From an uncultured Spirochaetales bacterium (GTDB lineage Bacteria; Myxococcota_A; UBA9160; SMWR01): 64,000 nucleotides of DNA. The stretch spans positions 1,752-65,751 of the forward strand of contig CAZYOL010000001.1 in assembly GCA_964649065.1 (NCBI GenBank), given 5' to 3'. A program made the translations under genes and the position numbers. Under the pieces are notes generated by a model. That model had not been told where the DNA came from and ran no database searches. It worked only from the letters and a program-made list of their open reading frames with translations. Of the stretch, positions 27,835 through 35,407 are shown in pieces (within the stretch, counting starts at the first letter, position 1; every line of letters begins with the position of its first letter).

Positions 27835-28605
27835 TCAGGCGAAGCGGCTTCCCTTGCGCCAGCCGAAGCTCTGCAGCCTGGCGTAGAGGTTCGGCGCCAG
27901 GGCGAAGAGCAGCTTCAGCAGCCGGAAGGAGATCGGCTCGTCGTAGGTTCCGACGGCCTGGTCGCCGTCGGCGAAGCGCGCGATGCGCATCGCCACCTGG
28001 CGCCCGTCCGGAGCGCTGTCGCAGCGCCGCGCCCGGATCTTGCGCCCGCGCTCGTTCAGGCGGATCGCGGGCGCCCAGGAGAGGGGACCCTGGATGGCGC
28101 CGGGCCGGTAGAGGCGCAGACGCAGCCGGGGGTCGAGGCCGGCCGCGATGGGCCCCACGCCCGTGTAGAAGTGGTGCAGGGCGATCTTCGAGGCGTGGTA
28201 GACGGGTCCGAAGGAGGAGGGTGCGCCGTCCGCGATCGAGCCGATGGCCACCACGTCCAGGCGCCGCTCGCGCGGCTGCTCGGCGGCCAGGATGGCGAAG
28301 ATCGAGGGGAAGACCGCATTGATGCGGTAGATCGACTCGGTCTGGTCGACCCGGGGCAGGCCGCCCTCGCCGATCTCGCTCTCGATCTGGCCGGCGTTCA
28401 GGAAGACCAGGTCCGGGTCTTCGGCGAGCAGCGCCCGGGCGTCGTCGGCGCTCTCCTGCGAGCTCACCAGGATCTTCTCGCAGGCGTCGTGCTTCGCGTC
28501 CTCGCGCCGCGAGACGCCGAGCACCCGCCAGCCGCGCTCCCGGTAGACGTCGGCCAGCGCGGCTCCCAGGGTTCCGGTCACGCCCGTGACGAGGACGGTC
28601 TTCAT
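27835..28605 (-). CDS. atypical SDR family oxidoreductase
   Basis: ATG at 28605 shares 1 nt with the upstream stop (TGATG). MKTVLVTGVTGTLGAALA Rossmann motif and catalytic YHASK. Confidence 0.8.
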   Translation of the reverse strand: MKTVLVTGVTGTLGAALADVYRERGWRVLGVSRREDAKHDACEKILVSSQESADDARALLAEDPDLVFLNAGQIESEIGEGGLPRVDQTESIYRINAVFPSIFAILAAEQPRERRLDVVAIGSIADGAPSSFGPVYHASKIALHHFYTGVGPIAAGLDPRLRLRLYRPGAIQGPLSWAPAIRLNERGRKIRARRCDSAPDGRQVAMRIARFADGDQAVGTYDEPISFRLLKLLFALAPNLYARLQSFGWRKGSRFA

Positions 28606-30104
28606 CACAGCTCCTTCAGGACGTGATCCGCGACCCGCAGCGCGTTGGCCAGGATCGTCAGGCCGGGCCCGACGCCGAGGGAGGTGGGCATGAAGCTCCC
28701 ATCGACGGCGTAGACGTTGTCGTGTCCGTGCAGCCGACACTGGGCGTCGAGCACCGAGTGACGCGGGTCGCGGCCGAAGCGACAGGTTCCCACCTGGTGG
28801 CCGGCGTGGCCGTGTTCGTGCTGGGCGACGTTGCCCAGGGCCAGCCAGGCCCCGGCCCGGCGCAGGCTGTGCTGCAGGCGACGCGTCAGCCAGCGGGCGC
28901 GGAAGACGTCGTAGGGATGGAAGCGGCGGTCGAGGCGGATGCGGCCGCCCTCACCCAGCCGGACCCGGTTGCCCGACTGCGGCAGATCCTCCACGGAGGC
29001 GACGAAGAGCAGGGCCCGGGCGTGGATCGCGCGCGCCAGCGGCATCGGGAAGGGAATGCCCGAGTGCTTGCGCACCGCCAGCGGACCGGGGATCGGAATG
29101 CTCTGGGCGTAGCCCAGCTTGTGCGGAAAGCTCTCGTCTCCCAGATAGAAGTCGGAGACGCCCAGCTCCTTGATGAAGGTCTCCGCGGTCCCGATCGGAG
29201 CCGGGAAGACGCCGACCGGGGCCGCCCCCAGGTGGGTCATGTGATTGCGGCCGAGCTGGTCGCTGCCCCCTCCCAGGCCCGAGCGCTCGAGCAGGATCGG
29301 AGTGCCCAGCGCGCCGGCTCCCAGCAGGAAGACCTCGGCGCGCACGACCTCCACGGCTCCGGTGTCGCGGTGGCGCAGCCGCAGCGAGCGGACGCGGCCC
29401 CGATCGCTCTGGAGCAGCTCGGCCTCGCAGCGCTCCCACAGGGTCAGCCTTCCGCCCGCCAGGGCCGGGGCGATCGCGTTCTTCCAGCTCGAGGCGCGCG
29501 AGCCGTTGGGGCAGAAGTAGCCGGGGCAGGTCGGGCAGCGCAGGCACCGCGACATGTCGATGGCCAGGGGCAGCGGGAAGGGCGCGAGCCCCTCGCGCCG
29601 GAAGGACTCCTCGAGCCTGCGCGAGATCGGCTCCGGCTCGGGCAGACGACCGACGTAGGGGCGCAATCGCCGGCCCAGGTGTGGGAGTGCGGCCCGGTGG
29701 TCGCCCGCGACGTGGTAGAGATCTTCGGCGCGATCGAAGTAGGGGGCCAGCTCGTCGTAGCCGATCGGCCACTCCCAGAGGTGTCGCTCCAGGTAGGGGG
29801 CGTAGAAGCGGCCCGGCTCGAAGTCGCTGCGGCCCGGGCGCAGCAGCACGGCCCCGAAGATCGCCGTGCTGCCCCCCAGCACGCCGCCCACCAGGGGTCG
29901 CTCGCGCCGGCCGTTCAGCACGACGGGGCGATCCTCGCAGGCTTCGCGGTCGACGAGCATGCGGCGCTCGTCCTGCCAGGCGCCGGCATCGCGGAAGCGG
30001 CCCCCGCGCTCCACGACCAGAACGCGGCGTCCCGCCCGAGCCAGCTCGGCGGCGGCGGCGCCTCCTCCGGCGCCGCTCCCGATCACCACCGCATCGAAGT
30101 CCAG
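28605..30104 (-). CDS. GMC family FAD-dependent oxidoreductase with internal CxxCxxCxxxxCP motif
   Basis: FDAVVIGSGAGGGAAAAELARAGRRVLVVERG. C-terminal GMC block HQVGTCRFGRDPRHSVLDAQCRLHGHDNVYAVDGSFMPTSLGVGPGLTILA. The 5' end is set at in-frame CTG 30104, which lies 9 nt after AGGAGG. The first GTG is at 30089. Confidence 0.85.
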   Translation of the reverse strand: MDFDAVVIGSGAGGGAAAAELARAGRRVLVVERGGRFRDAGAWQDERRMLVDREACEDRPVVLNGRRERPLVGGVLGGSTAIFGAVLLRPGRSDFEPGRFYAPYLERHLWEWPIGYDELAPYFDRAEDLYHVAGDHRAALPHLGRRLRPYVGRLPEPEPISRRLEESFRREGLAPFPLPLAIDMSRCLRCPTCPGYFCPNGSRASSWKNAIAPALAGGRLTLWERCEAELLQSDRGRVRSLRLRHRDTGAVEVVRAEVFLLGAGALGTPILLERSGLGGGSDQLGRNHMTHLGAAPVGVFPAPIGTAETFIKELGVSDFYLGDESFPHKLGYAQSIPIPGPLAVRKHSGIPFPMPLARAIHARALLFVASVEDLPQSGNRVRLGEGGRIRLDRRFHPYDVFRARWLTRRLQHSLRRAGAWLALGNVAQHEHGHAGHQVGTCRFGRDPRHSVLDAQCRLHGHDNVYAVDGSFMPTSLGVGPGLTILANALRVADHVLKEL

Positions 30105-30156
30105 GGTGCCTTCCCTCCTTCACTGGTCGGAGGTCGCCGACCCGAGGAGAAGAGCC

Positions 30157-30185
30157 GCACCGGGATGAAATCCGATCCCCGGTGC
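30157..30185. promoter_or_regulatory. perfect 8-bp inverted repeat in divergent intergenic region
   Basis: GCACCGGG (30157..30164), 13-nt AT-richer spacer atgaaatccgatc, then CCCGGTGC (30178..30185). It lies between the GMC gene (-) and the enolase-superfamily gene (+). Confidence 0.3.
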
Positions 30186-30284
30186 GTCGGCGTGACGAAT
30201 CGGCGACAGTCCGATGGCGAGCGAGGGTAGCGCAGGCGTGCCCCGCGCTTCGTGCTACCCGTCCCGGCAGGCGTGGGAGGGCTC

Positions 30285-31700
30285 GTGCAGGCCGCCTGGC
30301 GGCTCCGCATCCTGGCTGTCGAGGCCTTCGAGCGGCCGGTGCCGCTCCGCCTCCCCTTCCGCTTCGGAGTGGTCACGCTGCGCCGGGTCGTCCAGGCCTT
30401 CGTGCGGGTCCGGGTCGGCGACGCGCGCGGAGCCGAGGGCATCGGCTGGGCCGCCGAGCTGATGGTTCCCAAGTGGTTCGACAAGCGCCCCGAGCTCTCC
30501 GATGCGGACAACGTGCGCCAGCTCCGGGCCTCGGTCGCGACGGCACTGCGCGCGCACCTGGAGCTCGAGGGCAGTGACACGGCCTTCGGGCTGGCGCGTG
30601 CGGCGCGCGAGCGGGCCGGCGTGGAGCGGGCCGGCAACGGCCTGGTGGCGGGCTTCGGCCCGGCCCTGGTCGAGCGGGCCGTGGTCGACGCGGCCTGTCG
30701 GCTGGCGGGCCAGCCCTTTGCGTCGGCGCTGCGCGGGGGCCGGCTCGGGATCGACTTCCGCGCGGAGCTCCCGGAGCTGGACGCCGACGCCCTGCTGCGC
30801 GAGCTGCGGGCCGCACCCTCGATCCGGGCCCGCCACACCGTCGGGCTGGCCGACGCACTGACCCGGAGCGAGCTGGATCCGGAGCAGCGCCTGGACGACG
30901 GCCTTCCCGAGTGCGTCGAGGAGGCCATCGACGCCTACGGGCACCGGGACTTCAAGGTCAAGGTCGCCGGGGATCGCGATGCAGACCTGGCGCGCCTGGG
31001 GGCGCTGGCGCGGGTGCTCGAGCCGCTGCCCCGCTATCGGCTGACCCTCGACGGCAACGAGCAGTTCCCCGACGAGGCGGCGGCCGGGGCCTTTCTCGAG
31101 GCGCTCTGGTCCGAGCCCTCGCTGGAGCGCCTGCGCAGCGCCGTCCTCTACGTCGAGCAGCCGATCCATCGCGACCGGGCACTCGACTGCGACGTGAGGG
31201 CGCTGGCCCGATTCGCCCCGCTGATCGTGGACGAGTCCGATGCCCGGGACGGAAGCTTCGAGGCGGCTCGGGAGCGTGGCTACGCGGGGATCTCCAGCAA
31301 GACCTGCAAGGGCATCTACCGCTCGCTCCTCAACCGCGCTCGCTGCCAGCTCTGGAACCGGGATCCCGCCGGCCCGCGCAGCTTCGTGAGCGCCGAAGAC
31401 CTCACCTGCCAGGCCGGCCTGTCGGTGCAGCAGGACCTGCTGCTGGCGGCCCTGCTGGGCTGCGAGCATGCCGAGCGCAACGGCCACCACTACGCCGACG
31501 GCATGGTGGGGGCCTCGGCGGCCGAGATGGACGGCTTCGCCGCAGCGCACCCGGATCTCTACCGGCGCAGCGATCGCGGCCTGCACCTGCGCATCCGCGC
31601 GGGCCGCATCGCCCTGGGCTCCCTCGACGCGCCGGGCTTCGCCTCCGCCGCGCTCCCCGATCCGGGTACCCTCACGCCGATGGAGTTCGACCTTGACTGA
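30285..31700 (+). CDS. enolase superfamily protein (MR/MLE-like, divergent, long)
   Basis: Start GTG at 30285 after GGGAGGG (the alternative is 30252). KxK in HRDFKVKVAGD. Metal ligand candidates are LTLDGNEQF, LYVEQPI and LIVDESDA. Second Lys candidate in ISSKTCKGIY. Confidence 0.8.
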   Translation: MQAAWRLRILAVEAFERPVPLRLPFRFGVVTLRRVVQAFVRVRVGDARGAEGIGWAAELMVPKWFDKRPELSDADNVRQLRASVATALRAHLELEGSDTAFGLARAARERAGVERAGNGLVAGFGPALVERAVVDAACRLAGQPFASALRGGRLGIDFRAELPELDADALLRELRAAPSIRARHTVGLADALTRSELDPEQRLDDGLPECVEEAIDAYGHRDFKVKVAGDRDADLARLGALARVLEPLPRYRLTLDGNEQFPDEAAAGAFLEALWSEPSLERLRSAVLYVEQPIHRDRALDCDVRALARFAPLIVDESDARDGSFEAARERGYAGISSKTCKGIYRSLLNRARCQLWNRDPAGPRSFVSAEDLTCQAGLSVQQDLLLAALLGCEHAERNGHHYADGMVGASAAEMDGFAAAHPDLYRRSDRGLHLRIRAGRIALGSLDAPGFASAALPDPGTLTPMEFDLD

Positions 31701-32709
31701 GACCCGACCCCTGATCCTCGTCTCGCCGCACCCCCGGGCGCGCTGGATGCTCTTCGACGACGACGCCTGGGCCGAGCTGCAGTCGCTCGCCGAGGTGGTC
31801 CTCCACGAGGGCGGCGTCATGCCCGACGAGACCGTGGAGGCGCACATCGGGCGCGCCGCCCTGGTGATCGGGCAGATCCCGCTGCCCGCCGAGCGGCTGG
31901 CGCGAGCGCCGGCGCTGCGCGGCGTGATCAACGTCAAGGGCAACTGGGAGTCCGACGTCGACTACGCCCGCTGCGAGGAGCTGCGCATTCCGGTGCTGGG
32001 CATCGGGCCGGCCATGGCGCCGGCCGTGGCGGAGATGTGCCTCGGCATGGCCCTCGACCTGGCCCGGGGCATCACGCCGGCCGACCGCGACTTCCGGGCA
32101 GGCCAGGAGCGCTACGGCATCCTCGGCAACCTCCAGTCCTTCCTGCTGCGCGGCAAGGACTTCGGCCTGATCGGCTACGGCAACCTGGGCCACGCCCTGC
32201 GGCCGCTGCTGGCGCCCTTCGGCGGCCGGCTGCGCGTCTACGACCCGTGGCTGCCCCCGGGCTACCTGCGGGAGCAGCACTGCGAGCCGGCGGACCTGGA
32301 CACGGTGCTGTCGCAGTCGAAGCTGCTCTTCGTCCTGGCGGGCGTCTTCAGCGAGAACGAGGGCTTCCTGGGCCGCGAGCAGCTCGAGAAGATCCAGCTC
32401 GACGCCGCCGTGGTGCTCGCGAGCCGCGCCGAGGTCGTGGACTTCGACGCCTTCGTCGAGCTGGCCGAGGAGGGCCGCTTCCGCGCCGCCGTCGACGTCT
32501 TCCCCGAGGAGCCGGTGCCGGCGGATCACCCGATTCGCAAGACCACGAAGATCCTGCTCTCGGCCCACCGCGCCGGTGGCCTGCGGGACTCCTACGCGCT
32601 GATCTGCGAGATGCTGATGGACGACGTGCCGCTGCTGCTGCGCGGCCTGACGCCACGACGCCTGCAGCGCGCCGAGGCCCGGGCGGCTGCGGCGGCGAGG
32701 AGCCGCTGA
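31693..32709 (+). CDS. D-isomer-specific 2-hydroxyacid dehydrogenase family protein
   Basis: TTG at 31693 overlaps the upstream gene by 8 nt. NAD site DFGLIGYGNLGHAL. Catalytic region AAVVLASRAEVVDFDAFVELAEEGRFRAAVDVFPEEP...LLSAHRAG. Confidence 0.85.
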   Translation: MTETRPLILVSPHPRARWMLFDDDAWAELQSLAEVVLHEGGVMPDETVEAHIGRAALVIGQIPLPAERLARAPALRGVINVKGNWESDVDYARCEELRIPVLGIGPAMAPAVAEMCLGMALDLARGITPADRDFRAGQERYGILGNLQSFLLRGKDFGLIGYGNLGHALRPLLAPFGGRLRVYDPWLPPGYLREQHCEPADLDTVLSQSKLLFVLAGVFSENEGFLGREQLEKIQLDAAVVLASRAEVVDFDAFVELAEEGRFRAAVDVFPEEPVPADHPIRKTTKILLSAHRAGGLRDSYALICEMLMDDVPLLLRGLTPRRLQRAEARAAAAARSR

Positions 32710-33731
32710 TGCCGGCCCCGCCGCTGCGCTTCGCCCTGCTGGGCTGCCATCACATCCACGCCTTCAACATGGTGAACACCCTGGTCCGCGCCGGCGGGGA
32801 GCTGGTCGCCTTCCACTCCTCCGATTCGAACCTGGTGGAGGCCTTCGCCAAGACCTTCGGGCAGGCGCGGCGCGTGACGGAACGCCGGGAGATCCTCGAG
32901 GATGCCGGCATCCCGCTGGTGCTGAACGCGGAGATTCCCGACCAGCGAGCCCCGGCCGCCGTCGAGGCCATGCGCCACGGCAAGGACGTCTTCGTCGACA
33001 AGCCCGGCGCCGTGAGCCTCGAGCAGCTGGCGGAGCTGCGCGAGGTGCAGCGCGAGACCGGCCGGCTCTTCGCGATCTACTTCGCCGAGCGCCTGGAGAA
33101 CGCCGCCACGCTGCGCGCCGTGGAGCTGGCCGCCGGAGGCGCCGTCGGCCGGGTGCTGCACGTCGCCGGGCTGGGCCCGCATCGCCTGGGCCTGGTGCCC
33201 CGGCCCGAATGGTTCTACCAGCGCGCACGCAGCGGCGGCATCCTCGCGGATCTGGCCTGCCACCAGGTCGACCAGCTCCTGCACTGCACGGGGGCGCGCA
33301 CGGCGCAGGTGGTGGCGGCCCAGGTCGCCAACTGGGCGCATCCCGAGCATCCGGAGCTGGAGGACTTCGGCGAGCTGCTGCTGCGCAGCGAGGGCGCGAC
33401 CGGCTACGCCCGGGTGGACTGGTTCACGCCCGAGGGCCTGGGCACCTGGGGAGACCTGCGCCTCACGGTGATGGGCAGCGAGGGCACCCTGGAGGTGCGC
33501 AAGAACTGCGATCTCGCCGGGCGCGAGGGCGGCAACCACCTCTTCGTCACCGATCGCGAGGGCGTGCGCCACGAGGATTGCGCCGCGCGGCCGCTTCCCT
33601 TCGGCCCGGCGCTGCTGGCGGACGTCCGCGACCGCACCCAGACGGCGCTCTCCCAGGCGCTCTGCTTCGAGGCGATGGAGGTCGCGCTTCGGGCCCAGGC
33701 TCAGGCGACCCGGCTGGGTCACCTGGCCTGA
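32709..33731 (+). CDS. Gfo/Idh/MocA family oxidoreductase
   Basis: ATG at 32709 (TGATG junction). RFALLGCHHIHAFNMV N-terminal Rossmann fold, HGKDVFVDKPGAVSLEQLAEL (EKP-like motif), and a C-terminal alpha/beta domain. Confidence 0.85.
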   Translation: MPAPPLRFALLGCHHIHAFNMVNTLVRAGGELVAFHSSDSNLVEAFAKTFGQARRVTERREILEDAGIPLVLNAEIPDQRAPAAVEAMRHGKDVFVDKPGAVSLEQLAELREVQRETGRLFAIYFAERLENAATLRAVELAAGGAVGRVLHVAGLGPHRLGLVPRPEWFYQRARSGGILADLACHQVDQLLHCTGARTAQVVAAQVANWAHPEHPELEDFGELLLRSEGATGYARVDWFTPEGLGTWGDLRLTVMGSEGTLEVRKNCDLAGREGGNHLFVTDREGVRHEDCAARPLPFGPALLADVRDRTQTALSQALCFEAMEVALRAQAQATRLGHLA

Positions 33732-33743
33732 GCCCATCGGGCG

Positions 33744-34451
33744 CTATCCGACCTGCGAGAGGTAGCGCACCAGAAGCGCGTAGTGCGCGCCGCTTCCCAG
33801 CAGCGTGCACACGTGGAAGAGCTCGTGGAAGCCGAAGACCCGGGGCCACAGCCGCGGGCGTTCGGTGACGAAGAAGATGGCGCCGACCGCGAAGGAGGAG
33901 GCGCCGATCGCGACCAGGTAGACCGGCGCGCCGGGGAAGCGCTGGGCGAAGGGCACCAGGGCCGGCAGCACCAGGCTCGCCGCCAGGATCTGGAAGGGGA
34001 TCGAGACCTTCTCGTGCACCTGGGGAAGCAGTGCCTTCTGCAGCACGCCCAGGATGGCGATCGTCCAGGCCGCCACCAGAATCGCCTCGCGCCGCCAGTC
34101 GTCGAGGCCGAGCACCACGATCGGCGTGAGCGAGCCGGCGATGGCGAGGTAGATCATCGAGTGGTCGAGGCGCTGCATGCGCGCCTTGGCGACCGGCGGC
34201 CAGGGCAGCGTGTGGTAGAGGCAGCTGGTGAGGTACAGGGCGAATTGGCTGAGCGCGCAGCCGATCAGGGCGATGCGGGCCCAGGGCGCGCAGCCCGCCT
34301 GCTTCCACAGGTAGAGGGCCACCGTGAAGGCGGCCAGGGCGGCCGAGCCGTGCAGCACGCCCCGGATCGGATTGTGTAGCGGCCCCAGCGTGACGCGATC
34401 CGACTGCAAAGACGACCCCCCGACCTGCATTGGGGGGGCGGGCTCCCGCAT
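33744..34451 (-). CDS. hemolysin III / PAQR family membrane protein
   Basis: 7-TM protein with LYLTSCLYHTL, RLDHSMIYLAIAGSLTP and FGFHELFHVCTLLGSGAHY. ATG at 34451 is preferred over the TTG at 34469. Confidence 0.88.
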   Translation of the reverse strand: MREPAPPMQVGGSSLQSDRVTLGPLHNPIRGVLHGSAALAAFTVALYLWKQAGCAPWARIALIGCALSQFALYLTSCLYHTLPWPPVAKARMQRLDHSMIYLAIAGSLTPIVVLGLDDWRREAILVAAWTIAILGVLQKALLPQVHEKVSIPFQILAASLVLPALVPFAQRFPGAPVYLVAIGASSFAVGAIFFVTERPRLWPRVFGFHELFHVCTLLGSGAHYALLVRYLSQVG

Positions 34452-34547
34452 ACGCGGGATGTATCGCAACGCCGTTTTACGGCGGCCTCACGCCGCGGTG
34501 ACGGGTCTGTTGGGCTTGTTTGAAATTTCGGTGTCGGGGCGGCGGGC

Positions 34548-35360
34548 CTAGCGCGCGCGAAGGCGGCGCCAGGCCGCGAGAGCTCCCAGGCCCAGCGCCA
34601 GGGCCGAGGCCGTCCCGGGCTCCGGCACGTTCTGGAAGCCCATGGCCGGCAGCGAGTTGTCGTCGATGCGCAGCTCGTCCACGGTCCCGTTGTTGGCGGC
34701 GGCGAAATCCAGCTGGAAGCCGACCTCGAGATCGACCTGAGTGCCCCAGAAGAGCGGCCGGGCGTCCGGCCCGTCGTTCGTCGCGACCTCGACGCCGTCC
34801 ACGAAGAAGCTGCCGACCCCGGAGAGCGCATCGTAGGTGAAGGCGTAGTGCCGCCAGGTCGCGTCCATGTCGTGCCCGGTCGACAGCACCACGGCCGTTC
34901 CGCCTCCTCCGCCGTCCGACACGTAGTAGGTGAGCTGCAGGTCGTTCGGGGTATCCAGCAGCAGGCCGTTCGCCCCGCTGCTGCGCGAGAAGATCGTGGC
35001 GGTGCTCTCGACCGTGCGTGCCCAGAGCTCGATGGTCAGGCTCGCGGAGTCCAGCTCCGGGTACCAGGCCACGGTCCCGTTGATGCCGTTGCTCCCGCCC
35101 TGCTGGGTCGCGCCCACGCTTCCCAGGTTCGGCGATCCCGTCGAGGGAACCGAGGAGTTCGGGTTCGCGGCCAGATCGATGAAGGCCTCGTTCGAGAGCA
35201 GGGGGTTGCCGAAGGCCACCTCGTTGGCGACTTCGAGACCGCCCGCGCTGGGATCGAGGTCGGCCTCCATCCGCCACAGGCCGATCAGCGTGGCGGCGGC
35301 CGGCACGGGAGCCAGGGTCGTCAGCAGCGCGACGGCGAGAGCGGTGAGCCTGCCAGACAT
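34548..35360 (-). CDS. secreted LamG/concanavalin-A-like lectin domain protein with canonical PEP-CTERM sorting signal
   Basis: ATG at 35360. Signal peptide MSGRLTALAVALLTTLAPVPAAA. LamG-like core (LTIELWARTV..., WRHYAFTYDALSGVGSFFVDGVEV, GTVDELRIDD). C-terminus VPEPGTASALALGLGALAAWRRLRAR, with the PEP codons at 34617..34625. Confidence 0.85.
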   Translation of the reverse strand: MSGRLTALAVALLTTLAPVPAAATLIGLWRMEADLDPSAGGLEVANEVAFGNPLLSNEAFIDLAANPNSSVPSTGSPNLGSVGATQQGGSNGINGTVAWYPELDSASLTIELWARTVESTATIFSRSSGANGLLLDTPNDLQLTYYVSDGGGGGTAVVLSTGHDMDATWRHYAFTYDALSGVGSFFVDGVEVATNDGPDARPLFWGTQVDLEVGFQLDFAAANNGTVDELRIDDNSLPAMGFQNVPEPGTASALALGLGALAAWRRLRAR

Positions 35361-35407
35361 GCCGGGAGCATCGGCAGAACGGCGGCTCCAACTGAGGGAC
35401 GGGCCGC

